From positions 139,162 through 203,161 of the forward strand of contig DAHVZI010000002.1 of the NCBI GenBank assembly GCA_027330985.1: a DNA stretch of 64,000 bases, in the 5' to 3' direction. The notes under the pieces are model-generated. The model was not told where the DNA came from. It ran no database searches and worked only from the letters and a program-made list of their open reading frames with translations. The DNA comes from Candidatus Uhrbacteria bacterium (GTDB lineage Bacteria; Patescibacteriota; Patescibacteriia; 2-12-FULL-60-25). A program made the position numbers and the translations under genes. This document shows, in pieces, positions 27,429 through 36,909 of the stretch (its first letter is position 1; every line of letters begins with the position of its first letter).

Positions 27429-28652
27429 ATGCATATCAACATCCGTAGTTTCGTGGTCGCAATCGTTGGTCTCATGTTCCTCGGAATCGCGTCGAGTGCC
27501 TCGGCTGACAACGCCAAGTGGCGCGTGGCTACGGGTAGCGCGAGATCGAGCGTCCGGTGCGACGAGATCGGCGATGTCGTGATCGGCGGGGAAGATGGGA
27601 AAACTCCCATCTACTCGTGCCGGAATGGCGAGGATTGGCAGGCGGTCAAGGGATCGCAGGCCTACACTCCGCGCTGCAAGAGCATGGATCGCATCTGGTG
27701 GTCGTCCGAGAACCGCTCGGTGATGTACACCTGTACAAGCGGTGCAATCTTTATCGGCAACCAGCCGCAACCGGCTGATGGTCCGTGGAAGATGGATTAC
27801 GTGGATGGCGAGGGCTACGTGTGTGGCTATGTGCAGGCTGAGCCTGGTTTTATCAGGTTCACGAACCACTACGCAAACGAGTGCCCTTGGTCATTGATCA
27901 ACCAGAATCATCGCGACGCTGGGCGCTATCAAACCGTGAAGCCGCGTCGCTTCCCGGACGGCGTAGTCGAGCTGAGCTTTGAGTGGACGCCTCCTGCCAC
28001 GGCTGTACCTGCGGAAAGCGACGATCCAGACGTGGAGGTGATTCCGCGTAGCGAGAGCAGCCGTTCCTACGGTAGAGGCTTGGGCTTGGCAGACCTTGGC
28101 ATCAGTCGTCGTTCGGCACCTCCTCGCATTAGGATGTTCGGCAGCGACAGATCTCAACCTATTCCAGTTGGGATGCCGAGCGCGGATCCGACGTCGATTC
28201 CAGGCGAACAAGACGCTGTGGTCTCATGCGGCAATCAGGTTGTCACTCACTATCTACTGGCGAAGGATGCTCCAGTGTGGATCGATAGTCAGACCGGCAG
28301 CGTCCGCGTATGTACCGGCAAGACCTTCGGCAAGAGCTGGCAGAGCACTTGGGATCTAGCTGTTTATGACGACGGGACGTCGAGCTACTTCGCCGGGTCG
28401 GCTGACGGCAATTGGCGTCTGGTCCACGGCTCGGTCGAGGCGACTGCGTTCGGCAATATCCGTTGGCATGAGTGGGTAGAGGTGCGCGGTGCGGCCAAGC
28501 GCGCCTATCTCGCAACAGACAAGGCGGGTGAGACCGCTGATGCGCTCTACCTCATGCTCGATAACCAGCAGCTCGCGCGCGTCACGAAACCGACCAGGCT
28601 GTGGCGTTTCATCCCTGCGGCGGGGAACTTCGTCTACGCCGTGCAGGAGTGA
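27429..28652 (+). CDS. secreted hypothetical protein (GC-rich island)
   Basis: Signal peptide (MHINIRSFVVAIVGLMFLGIASSASA), multiple Cys, 407 aa. No recognised domain. Confidence 0.55.
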   Translation: MHINIRSFVVAIVGLMFLGIASSASADNAKWRVATGSARSSVRCDEIGDVVIGGEDGKTPIYSCRNGEDWQAVKGSQAYTPRCKSMDRIWWSSENRSVMYTCTSGAIFIGNQPQPADGPWKMDYVDGEGYVCGYVQAEPGFIRFTNHYANECPWSLINQNHRDAGRYQTVKPRRFPDGVVELSFEWTPPATAVPAESDDPDVEVIPRSESSRSYGRGLGLADLGISRRSAPPRIRMFGSDRSQPIPVGMPSADPTSIPGEQDAVVSCGNQVVTHYLLAKDAPVWIDSQTGSVRVCTGKTFGKSWQSTWDLAVYDDGTSSYFAGSADGNWRLVHGSVEATAFGNIRWHEWVEVRGAAKRAYLATDKAGETADALYLMLDNQQLARVTKPTRLWRFIPAAGNFVYAVQE

Positions 28653-28771
28653 GTGGTTCCTCACCGCTCCTCGAGACCGTCCGGAGACTTCATAAGAAGC
28701 TTCTTCTCCGGGCGGTCTTTTCAGTTCACTAAAGTACGCGTCATCCTTTAATCGATTAAACGCCGAGGGCG

Positions 28772-29446
28772 CTATTTGTTATCCGTCGCGTTTCCGTCTC
28801 CGGTAATCGGTATCGCCGGACCCAGATAAGTCGGCGCGGGTTTGAAGAATTTGGCGATAAGGAAATCTTTGTCCCTGGCTGCGATCTCACGTAAACGGTA
28901 CGAAGTCATGACCGAGCCGTAATCGCGGAGGTCGGATGGTACTCCGTAAGCTTCCAGACCAAGTTCCCTGGCATCGAACACTGCCCGCATCAAATGATAT
29001 CCCTGGGTGACGACAATTATCTTCTTGGCTTCAAATATATCCCTTGCTCTGTACAAACTCTCATATGTACTGAAACCTGCATGGTCCATGAAGATGTCTC
29101 TGGAAGGTACTCCTTTGTCGATAAGGAATTTTTTCATGGCGTTCACCTCGTCATAATCCTTACTGCCGTGATCGCCACTCACTATTATCTTGTCGGCTTT
29201 CCCTAGTCTGTAGAGATCGAACGCCTCGAGTAAGCGGTCATTCAGCATAGGCGTCGGTGTACCGTCCGATAAGACGTGGGCGCCAAGCACTAATATGGCG
29301 TCTGCCTTGGTGACTTCAGTGGGATTGGTGATGTATATAGAACCTATGTATTTGACGTACTGGTTGATCCCCAAGATCGATCCTACGGCAATAATCATCA
29401 GGCTGGAGAGGACAATCAGGGAACGTTTAAGCCAAGGCTTCAGCAT
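28772..29446 (-). CDS. SanA/YdcF (DUF218) family protein
   Basis: N-terminal TM helix. DUF218 core (ADAILVLGAHV...IIVSGDHGSKDYDEVNAMKKFL..GVP...IFMDHAGFST). Confidence 0.7.
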   Translation of the reverse strand: MLKPWLKRSLIVLSSLMIIAVGSILGINQYVKYIGSIYITNPTEVTKADAILVLGAHVLSDGTPTPMLNDRLLEAFDLYRLGKADKIIVSGDHGSKDYDEVNAMKKFLIDKGVPSRDIFMDHAGFSTYESLYRARDIFEAKKIIVVTQGYHLMRAVFDARELGLEAYGVPSDLRDYGSVMTSYRLREIAARDKDFLIAKFFKPAPTYLGPAIPITGDGNATDNK

Positions 29447-29524
29447 ATTTCTGCATGTTATGTGAACGTAGGGCGTGAGTAAAGGCGGGTTCCGTTATTC
29501 GCGACGCTGGGTTAACATGGCGCC

Positions 29525-31690
29525 ATGTCGGTTTTCGTATTACAGGATGGCGGTGTGCCGGTTTCACGCCGTATAGATTATTCCCGTGAATTGAACCAGG
29601 AACAGCTGGATGTGGTGCTGAACGGCGATGGGCCGTGTTTGGTGTTGGCTGGAGCCGGGTCGGGCAAGACACGCACCGTGACGTATCGCGTGGCCTATCT
29701 TCTGGAGCAGGGCGTAGATCCGCAATCCATCATGCTCCTGACCTTCACCAACAAGGCTGCGCGCGAGATGATGCAGCGCGTCGAATCCCTCCTTGGTCAG
29801 ACGGCGCGCGGCGTGTGGGGCGGGACGTTCCATTCGACGGCGAACCGCATCCTGCGATCGGGGCATGCCCTGTCAGATTATGGACGCAACTTCACGATCC
29901 TGGACCAGGAAGATTCGCAGAGCCTAATCAAGGCTGTGATGAAGGAACTGAAGATCGATCCGAAAGCGCGCAGGTTCCCGACCGCTGCGGTGCTGCAGAA
30001 TGTAGTATCTTTCGCGCGTAACACGCTGCAGAGCGTGGGGAGCGCCTTGGAATTGAAGCACGAGAATTTTTTGCCGCTCCTGTCCGATATCGAAGCCGTG
30101 GCCGAAATCTATGCGCGGCGCAAACGTGAGGCGAACGTGATGGATTTCGACGATCTGCTCGCCAATTGGCTCGGCCTGCTGAACCATCCCGATATCGGTC
30201 CGGCGATCGCCGGTCGGTTCAAGTATGTCCTGGTCGATGAGTATCAGGACACGAATGCGATCCAGGCGGCGATCATCCGACAATTAGGTGGGGTGCATGG
30301 GAATGTACTCGTCGTCGGTGATGATGCGCAGTCTATCTACGCCTTTCGCGGCGCGGATGTGAAGAACATCCTGGATTTCCCGAACGAGTGGCCGAAGGCG
30401 AAGATCTTCAAGCTGTTGACGAACTACCGCAGCGCGCCGGAGATACTCGAGCTCGCCAACGAATCTCTGCAGCACAACACCAAGCAGTTCCAAAAGGATC
30501 TGCGGGCCGTACGAGGGGCGGGCGTCAAACCGAACATGGTCGCCGTCGCTTCGGCCAGTCAGGAAGCGCGTTATGTCGCGGAACAGATCCTGTCTTTGCG
30601 TGCGCAAGGCACGGCTCTCGGCAACATGGCCGTACTCTTCCGTTCGTCGGCGCATTCGCAGGCGTTGGAATTCGAATTGATGAAACGCGACGTGCCGTAT
30701 GAATACCGCGGCGGCATGAAGTTCTTCGAGCGCGCCCACATCAAAGATGCGTTGTCGCATCTGAGGGTCATCCATAACGTACATGATGAAGTCGCTTGGT
30801 TGCGCATCCTGAATCTGCAGACGGGGATCGGCGCAGCGACGGCCGGAACTTTGGTCAACCGTATCCGGGGCATGGAAAGCATCGAGATGGTCTTGGATAA
30901 GGCGGGACAGGAATTGCCGTCACGCGCGACACAGGGATTCCAAGTCTTGGTCGAGATGGAGCGCGACATGCTGGCGCAAGCGCCGGCTCCGGCTTTCATG
31001 CTACGTACTTTCTTGCAGTCGCCATACCGCGATTATCTTGAGCGTGAATATCCTGATTGGCGTGATCGTTTCGAGGATCTGGAGCAATTGGTCGTGTTCG
31101 CCGAGAACTATCATGATCTTTCGTCTTTTTTGGCGGACATCGCATTGTACGATGAGGTGGCGGCGAAGCGTGAAGAGGCTGATGCTTCGGGGGAAAGCGA
31201 GAGGATAATCCTTTCCACCATACATCAAGCCAAAGGTCTTGAGTGGGATACGGTGTTCATCATCCATCTGGCGGATTCGTTCTTCCCGAACAAGCGGGCT
31301 ATGGGCGAAGAAGGGGGGATAGAGGAAGAACGGCGTCTGTTTTATGTCGCTGTGACACGTGCCAAGCAACGGTTGTTCTTGTGTTATCCAGTGACGGCGG
31401 GATATGACGCGCTCATGTTCAATCAGCCGTCGCTTTTTATTGAAGAGCTTTCGCCGCGCTTGATGGAGAGGATCGAAGTCAGGGAAGAGGGGGCGAGTCG
31501 TACCGCGTACCGCGCACCGCGTACGTCAGATGATTGGAGTTGGGATGAAGGTTACGAAGAACCATCGATCGAAATAGATAGGTACGGGAACAGGAATCAG
31601 GGTTCGGCGAGCAAGACGGTGTGGAAGTCGTCGACGAGTAATGACAAGAAGAAACCCTCGTCATTTTTGAGAGATGTGGATGAGCTTTAA
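29525..31690 (+). CDS. pcrA: UvrD/PcrA/Rep-family ATP-dependent DNA helicase
   Basis: Helicase motifs I (AGAGSGKT), Ia (TFTNKAAREM), II (VDEYQDTN), III, and QAKGLEWD. 721 aa. Confidence 0.85.
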   Translation: MSVFVLQDGGVPVSRRIDYSRELNQEQLDVVLNGDGPCLVLAGAGSGKTRTVTYRVAYLLEQGVDPQSIMLLTFTNKAAREMMQRVESLLGQTARGVWGGTFHSTANRILRSGHALSDYGRNFTILDQEDSQSLIKAVMKELKIDPKARRFPTAAVLQNVVSFARNTLQSVGSALELKHENFLPLLSDIEAVAEIYARRKREANVMDFDDLLANWLGLLNHPDIGPAIAGRFKYVLVDEYQDTNAIQAAIIRQLGGVHGNVLVVGDDAQSIYAFRGADVKNILDFPNEWPKAKIFKLLTNYRSAPEILELANESLQHNTKQFQKDLRAVRGAGVKPNMVAVASASQEARYVAEQILSLRAQGTALGNMAVLFRSSAHSQALEFELMKRDVPYEYRGGMKFFERAHIKDALSHLRVIHNVHDEVAWLRILNLQTGIGAATAGTLVNRIRGMESIEMVLDKAGQELPSRATQGFQVLVEMERDMLAQAPAPAFMLRTFLQSPYRDYLEREYPDWRDRFEDLEQLVVFAENYHDLSSFLADIALYDEVAAKREEADASGESERIILSTIHQAKGLEWDTVFIIHLADSFFPNKRAMGEEGGIEEERRLFYVAVTRAKQRLFLCYPVTAGYDALMFNQPSLFIEELSPRLMERIEVREEGASRTAYRAPRTSDDWSWDEGYEEPSIEIDRYGNRNQGSASKTVWKSSTSNDKKKPSSFLRDVDEL

Positions 31691-31751
31691 TGGCTTGACA
31701 AGACGGCTTGGATAATCTAGCTTGCGCTTGTACTTTCTGGAGGAATTCGTC

Positions 31752-32789
31752 ATGCGCAAACTATCGTTCAAGCGGTTCGCCGGGATGATGAGTGAAGAAG
31801 TGGTGCAGGTCCTGCGTCTGGAGCAGGAGATGTTTCATCAAAGCTACTCCACTGATTTCATGAAGTGGTTCAAGCAGCACGGCGCAAAGCTCTCGACGGA
31901 GTGGCTGCGCTACTGCGCGGACAACGACGTCAAGAACTGCAACCGGTTCCATGTCTTGATGGCTTACGCCGAGAGGACAGGGGACCGCGAGAAGCTGTTC
32001 CGCTACCTCGTGCGCACGAATTGGCTCTCGGCTCTGCGCAAGCATTTCTCGGAACGGCTCACTCCGCAGCTGCTCCGCAGCATCGCTGAACGCAACTGGG
32101 CACAGTTGCGCAAGGAGCCGAACGGTGTGAAGTACTCCATAGATGCCTACGAGGCGTACCAGCTGCTGGGCGACGAAGAGGCTGCCGCGGCCGTTCGGGC
32201 ATTCGTCGTCAACCGTGGTCAATGTTCATTCTTCGGACTGCTGCCCAGCCTGCATCTCGACGAGGCAGAACGCGAGATTCTTGTCAGCGTCGTGCTGAAG
32301 AGCGGGAGACACGAGGGCTTGGTCGAGCGCTGCGTGAAGGATCACCACATGGTGCGGTTCTATCGGGCTTACCTCGAAGCCAAGGCGTCCACTTACGGAT
32401 ATCGGGTGTGGCTCGAGGAGGGCCCTGAACTGGGGATCACACCCACGGTCAAGCACCTCTTGGCTTTGGCGCAAAAACAGCACGACATAGACGACGAGAT
32501 CAAGATCTATCGGGTGCTGGCACAGCGCAACCCCAAGTACCAAACAAAGGTTCGGGCATTGTGGCTGGAGAAACGGGAGCACTACCTTGGTCGTCTCGAT
32601 GTCGAGCGGGCGATGGAAGCGGCAACCGAAGCCGGTCAGCCGCTGACGCCGGAGGAACTGCTCGCAGCCAGCCATACTTCCAACGACGAAGAAGCCCAGA
32701 AGGCGCTCAACCTCGCGGCCAAGCTCATCGTCGCGCAACTCGGCGACAAGCCGAGCAAACGCGCGCGTAAGCTCACGGCAGCAGCGTGA
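31752..32789 (+). CDS. hypothetical helical protein, paralog A (GC-rich cassette)
   Basis: ATG at 31752 with GGAGG SD. Paralogous to 33307-34365 (KHFSERLTPQLLRSIAERNW vs KYFPEQVTPKLLRSFARHWL; AGQPLTPEEL vs CGQPLTWNEL; Lys/Ala-rich C-terminal tails). Confidence 0.6.
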   Translation: MRKLSFKRFAGMMSEEVVQVLRLEQEMFHQSYSTDFMKWFKQHGAKLSTEWLRYCADNDVKNCNRFHVLMAYAERTGDREKLFRYLVRTNWLSALRKHFSERLTPQLLRSIAERNWAQLRKEPNGVKYSIDAYEAYQLLGDEEAAAAVRAFVVNRGQCSFFGLLPSLHLDEAEREILVSVVLKSGRHEGLVERCVKDHHMVRFYRAYLEAKASTYGYRVWLEEGPELGITPTVKHLLALAQKQHDIDDEIKIYRVLAQRNPKYQTKVRALWLEKREHYLGRLDVERAMEAATEAGQPLTPEELLAASHTSNDEEAQKALNLAAKLIVAQLGDKPSKRARKLTAAA

Positions 32790-32803
32790 CGCTCCAACCA
32801 AAG

Positions 32804-32845
32804 ACAGCGGTTCGTGGAAACTCCACGGACCGCTTTTCCGTTTGT
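32804..32845 (+). terminator. rho-independent terminator
   Basis: CAGCGGTTCGTGG-AAACT-CCACGGACCGCTTTTCCGTTT. The tail is almost identical to that of the terminator at 34412. Confidence 0.6.
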
Positions 32846-32914
32846 GAGGTTTTTTGACTTTCCGTATAACATGAAATAGGCTTGAGTCGTTCCTTTCAGT
32901 CGAAGGAGGATGTT

Positions 32915-33286
32915 ATGCCGATTACATGCGCTGAGTGTCAGACGGAGCTCTCCATGGGTTTCAACTTTTTCGTGGCCCACCAGGTCATGTTGACCGGGGA
33001 AGTCGCGGAGCTGCCTGACCCTGAAGACAAGACGCGGACAGCGAACGCTTTCGTCTGTCCTGGTTGTCTGGCCAAGGTGCCGGATCACGCCAAGCACGTC
33101 GAGGCGAAGCGCGCCAGACAGCCGCATTGGCACTCGATCATCGCGATTGCGCCTGTCGATACGGCCAAATGCGACTATTCGGCGTTCGGCAAGGCGCCGG
33201 TCACCGGAGAATACACGTTCGTCAAACTCGGCGTGTTCAAGCGACGGCTGCCCAAAGCCATGCTGGAGATCACGAAGAACTTCTAG
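32915..33286 (+). CDS. zinc-ribbon-containing small protein
   Basis: ATG at 32915 with AAGGAGGA SD. CAEC...CPGC zinc ribbon, then an ~80-aa C-terminal domain. No recognised family. Confidence 0.55.
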   Translation: MPITCAECQTELSMGFNFFVAHQVMLTGEVAELPDPEDKTRTANAFVCPGCLAKVPDHAKHVEAKRARQPHWHSIIAIAPVDTAKCDYSAFGKAPVTGEYTFVKLGVFKRRLPKAMLEITKNF

Positions 33287-33306
33287 AGGCGAGGGAGGAT
33301 AAGACG

Positions 33307-34365
33307 ATGGAAACTGAAGTGGGTCGGTTCAGCGGGATGGATCAGAGCCAGATCAAGCAGATGCTTGTGCTGATGAACGGAGTGGTGTTCGGCCACTTCA
33401 AGGATTACGACGAATTCGTAGCGTTCATCGAGCGAGGGGGGCTGACGTTCTTGCCGCGAGACATCCTGGCCTGTGCCCGGCAACGCGAGAAAACCTTCGT
33501 CACGACCTACGCCTACCGGTACTACGGTGCGCAGACCGGGGACATGGGGCTGTTTTTCGACTACCTGGTGCGGCATCATCACCTCGAGACGATCAAGAAG
33601 TATTTTCCGGAGCAAGTGACGCCCAAACTTCTGCGCTCTTTCGCGCGTCATTGGCTTGCGCGGGCGAAAGAGGAGCACAATAAGTGGCCGCTCTATACCG
33701 CCTACGAAGTCTTGTGCGAGGTGCACGACAAGCCGGCGATGGCTCGTGTCCGCAAGCTGGCGATCGAGTTTGGGGATGTCAAGTTCTTTTCGCACTATCG
33801 GATCGTTCTGCGGCAGGAGGAAGGAGAAGCACTTGTCCGGTCGTGTTTCCGTGTGGGCATACCTGATCCTGACGATCTGGCCATATTCCTGATGGTGAAC
33901 GGCTTGAAGCGGCACTACCGCCTTTTCCTGAACGAGGTCTCACGGAAACAAGGTTTCGGTCAGTGCATGCACTTTAGCAGGAAACTGCATGTCAGGCCGA
34001 GTAGCAGACTCCTAGCCGCTATGCTGGACGACTCTTTGACGAAGAGGGACGGCTACGACGCCTTCGGGATCTGCGAAGAACTCCATCGACGGAACCCGCG
34101 CAAGTGGCAAGGCAAGCTGCGCGAGTTGGCGGCCGAGGATAGAGGCAAATGGCTCAAGCTTGGAGAGCCGGAGGAAGCGTACAAGATGGCCGTAATCTGC
34201 GGCCAACCGCTGACCTGGAACGAGCTCGTGGACATCTACTCCAGGTTCGAAAAGGACGACCGGCCGGTCATGCGTGAGAAGGCGGAGCAGGCGCTCGATA
34301 TGGCGGCTGCGCTCATCGCCCGTCAGACAGGAGCTCCTGGGCCCAAGAAAGCGAAGGCGGCGTGA
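33307..34365 (+). CDS. hypothetical helical protein, paralog B (GC-rich cassette)
   Basis: ATG at 33307 with GGGAGG SD. Paralogous to 31752-32789. The upstream part of track ORF 33064.. overlaps the zinc-ribbon gene and is discarded. Confidence 0.6.
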   Translation: METEVGRFSGMDQSQIKQMLVLMNGVVFGHFKDYDEFVAFIERGGLTFLPRDILACARQREKTFVTTYAYRYYGAQTGDMGLFFDYLVRHHHLETIKKYFPEQVTPKLLRSFARHWLARAKEEHNKWPLYTAYEVLCEVHDKPAMARVRKLAIEFGDVKFFSHYRIVLRQEEGEALVRSCFRVGIPDPDDLAIFLMVNGLKRHYRLFLNEVSRKQGFGQCMHFSRKLHVRPSSRLLAAMLDDSLTKRDGYDAFGICEELHRRNPRKWQGKLRELAAEDRGKWLKLGEPEEAYKMAVICGQPLTWNELVDIYSRFEKDDRPVMREKAEQALDMAAALIARQTGAPGPKKAKAA

Positions 34366-34411
34366 CAAAGCATCAGGGCGAGGCGATATGTCTCGACCCT
34401 GCATCAACGAA

Positions 34412-34446
34412 GCGACTCGTGGCTCAACGGGTCGCTTTTCCGTTTC
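34412..34446 (+). terminator. rho-independent terminator
   Basis: GCGACTCG-TGGCTCAA-CGGGTCGCTTTTCCGTTTC. Confidence 0.55.
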
Positions 34447-34483
34447 AGATGACTTGAGGTTCTATTTGGCATACAATCTCCAC

Positions 34484-35056
34484 ATGATTTATTTCCTTTG
34501 GTTTGTCCTGATCGCATTGATCGTATCGACGACGACATCGCTCGCGTTGATCCTGAATGAGACGTGGCGCATCACGATCAGGCGCGGCGTGCCGGCGGTG
34601 TCATCTTCTTGGCCGGTGGTGGATAAGGTCATTAAAGCACAAGTTTTTCCTCGTGAAGGCCTTATCTTGGATTTGGGTTGTGGTACGGGTTGGGCGTTGC
34701 GGAGGATTTGGCGTGCGGGATACAACGGACCGTTCATCGGATATGAGACGGCGTTGTTGCCGTATCTTGTCGGTAGATCCTGGAACTGGATCACGCGCGC
34801 GCCGGTGAAGATCGTGAGGCAGGATTTTTCCGCAGCGCCGTTCGAGAAGGCGAAGGGAATATATCTTTTCCTTTTGCCGCGGATGCTGCCGGAAGTCGGC
34901 AAGATGATCACAACAAAATCTCGCATCGGTACAGTCGTGGTTTCGGCGGAGTTCGCGATCCCGGGATGGGAAGCGGAGAAGGTACTGGAAGCCAGAGGTG
35001 TGACCGCACGGCAAGCGAAAATCCATGTTTACCGCGTGAAAGCCCAGGAATCTTGA
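34484..35056 (+). CDS. class I SAM-dependent methyltransferase with N-terminal TM helix
   Basis: SAM-binding motif I (ILDLGCGTGW). ATG at 34484 lies downstream of the terminator, so the longer track ORF from 34274 is rejected. Confidence 0.6.
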   Translation: MIYFLWFVLIALIVSTTTSLALILNETWRITIRRGVPAVSSSWPVVDKVIKAQVFPREGLILDLGCGTGWALRRIWRAGYNGPFIGYETALLPYLVGRSWNWITRAPVKIVRQDFSAAPFEKAKGIYLFLLPRMLPEVGKMITTKSRIGTVVVSAEFAIPGWEAEKVLEARGVTARQAKIHVYRVKAQES

Positions 35057-35088
35057 GTTTTTACGGGTAAAATGGTAAAGAATCAAGC

Positions 35089-36075
35089 ATGAGATCAGCC
35101 AGGACAAGGCTTCCCGGGCATCCGGATAAGGCGTGTGATTTGGTCGTCGAAGCGATAGTGGACGAATATCTGCGTCGTGATCCGGAGTCGCGATTGAGCA
35201 TCAACGCCATCGGTGGGCGTGGTGCTATTTTTGTTTGTGGTGACGTGAAGAGTGATGCGGATTTCGACGTCACCTCGATCGTGAGACAGACTTTGGGCAA
35301 GGCCGGGGTGATCCAGGAATTCGAGCCCTTCATCGCCATCGAGCAGGTCGCGCCGGAACAAAGGGAGCAGATGACTACGGGTCCGGCCGAAAGCGTCACC
35401 GTAGTGGGATATGCAACGCAGGATACGGTCGATATGTTGCCGCGACCGGTTTCGTTGTCGCGCGTGATCGCCAAGCGCCTGTACGATCTGAGGACGGGCG
35501 ATGAGACGTGGTTTTGGCTAGGTGCGGATGGCGAGGTCGCGGTACATGAGGAGGGTAATGACGTCTATGTACGTCTTTTGATAGAACACGGAAGCCACGA
35601 CTTGAGCTTGGCGAGGAATAAATTGACGGAAGTCGTACGCGCTCTGGCGCCGGAGGCGAAGATAAAGATCAATCCGCTCGGCCCGAACGAAGTGCGTGGG
35701 TTGCATAATGTGTCCGGAGCATCAGGCAAAGACATGTCGGCGTATGGTCCGATGTTGCCGGCGGTGCGCGGAGGGATCGGATATGATTTGCGTCATCCGG
35801 AAAAATCCGGCGCTTGGTTGGCTCGTGCAGCGGCGCGAAAGCTGGTGGCCCAAGGCGCGAAGTCGGCCATGGTGCAGCTGGTCTACGAAGCCGGTGACTC
35901 GTTCCCGTCGCATATCACGGCGCGCGACGAGAAAGGCAACGACCTTTCGTCGTCTTTGGATAAAGAGGAACTATCGATCAAGCGCGTACTCTCCGATTGG
36001 CAGAGACCGGGCCTGAATTCAGAGGCGGCTCTGTGGGGATTCGCCGGTCAAGCTGGGTTGCCTTGGGAAGAATAG
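35089..36075 (+). CDS. divergent, shortened S-adenosylmethionine synthetase (MetK)-like protein
   Basis: GHPDK signature at the N-terminus. The YATQDTVDMLPRPVSLSRVIAKRL..WFWLGADGEV segment aligns to the MetK central domain. GASGKD...SGAWLARAAARKLVAQG aligns to MetK [23 protein letters not shown]. The GAGDQG loop is missing. 328 aa against about 384. Confidence 0.55.
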   Translation: MRSARTRLPGHPDKACDLVVEAIVDEYLRRDPESRLSINAIGGRGAIFVCGDVKSDADFDVTSIVRQTLGKAGVIQEFEPFIAIEQVAPEQREQMTTGPAESVTVVGYATQDTVDMLPRPVSLSRVIAKRLYDLRTGDETWFWLGADGEVAVHEEGNDVYVRLLIEHGSHDLSLARNKLTEVVRALAPEAKIKINPLGPNEVRGLHNVSGASGKDMSAYGPMLPAVRGGIGYDLRHPEKSGAWLARAAARKLVAQGAKSAMVQLVYEAGDSFPSHITARDEKGNDLSSSLDKEELSIKRVLSDWQRPGLNSEAALWGFAGQAGLPWEE

Positions 36076-36100
36076 TTCGGTCTGCTAGAATGAAGCGGTT

Positions 36101-36877
36101 ATGAAAAATAATTGGTTAGCCTATACATCCATTTCTGTCTTATTATTGTTCGGCGCCGGATGCTCCAATGATAATCCGACTGCATTGGACAGACCGTTGC
36201 AGGCCGGAGGAACGGATCAGAGCCAAAACGGGTTGGTCGAACCTCCGCCGAGTCCGCCTCAAGAACAAACTAATAGCGAAGAACAAAATATGTCACAAGC
36301 CAATCCGAGCGATATAACCAATGCCGAAGAGAAAGCGGCTGAAACGACCAGCACGCAGCCTGAAGTCAAGGATGAGCCTTTAGCCTTCCCTGGAGTATTG
36401 CCGAGCGCAGAAATCACGAATAAACAGATCAGGGTCAAGACGTCCAAGGGCGATATCGTTTTCGAGTTGTTGCCCAAGGAAGGGCCGAATGCCGCGTCCA
36501 ATTTCGTCTATCTGGCCAAACGTAAATTCTACGACGGTCTGATGTTCCATCGTGTAGTGCCGCACTTCGTGATCCAGGGAGGCGATCCTTTGACGCGTTA
36601 TCCGCAGGATCCGTATCATCCGTACGGTTCAGGCGATCCCGGCTACAAATTCGCGGACGACAAAGTCACGCAATGGTATACGACGGGAACCGTGGCGATG
36701 GCCAATTCCGGCCCGAACACGAACGGTTCGCAGTTCTTCATCATGCTGGAGACGCCCAACTGGGACATGCCCAAAAGCTATTCGATCTTCGGACGTGTGA
36801 CCAAGGGCATGGATGTGGTCGGCAAGATCGCAGTCGGCGATAAGATAATATCCGTCACAGTGGAGCCGAAGAAGTGA
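36101..36877 (+). CDS. ppiB: cyclophilin-type peptidyl-prolyl cis-trans isomerase lipoprotein
   Basis: Lipobox (LLFGAGC). Cyclophilin core (FHRVVPHFVIQGGDP, GTVAMANSGPNTNGSQFFI). Confidence 0.85.
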   Translation: MKNNWLAYTSISVLLLFGAGCSNDNPTALDRPLQAGGTDQSQNGLVEPPPSPPQEQTNSEEQNMSQANPSDITNAEEKAAETTSTQPEVKDEPLAFPGVLPSAEITNKQIRVKTSKGDIVFELLPKEGPNAASNFVYLAKRKFYDGLMFHRVVPHFVIQGGDPLTRYPQDPYHPYGSGDPGYKFADDKVTQWYTTGTVAMANSGPNTNGSQFFIMLETPNWDMPKSYSIFGRVTKGMDVVGKIAVGDKIISVTVEPKK

Positions 36878-36909
36878 CGTAAAGCCGTTTTTCGGTGTAA
36901 AATGATGGT

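Noticed and set aside
29525-31690. The UvrD-family helicase as a defence-system helicase (Gabija GajB-like) linked to the downstream cassette
   Set aside because: It has the full set of canonical PcrA/UvrD motifs and length, and is the only such helicase seen. Housekeeping pcrA is the more parsimonious explanation. The adjacency to the cassette is noted but not over-interpreted.
33064-33306. Upstream 81-codon extension of paralog B overlapping the zinc-ribbon gene
   Set aside because: It overlaps a gene with a strong SD. ATG at 33307 has its own GGGAGG SD.
34274-34483. Longer start (34274 or 34388) for the SAM methyltransferase
   Set aside because: A hairpin terminator with T-tract at 34412-34446 would lie inside the CDS. 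ATG at 34484 begins directly with the TM helix.
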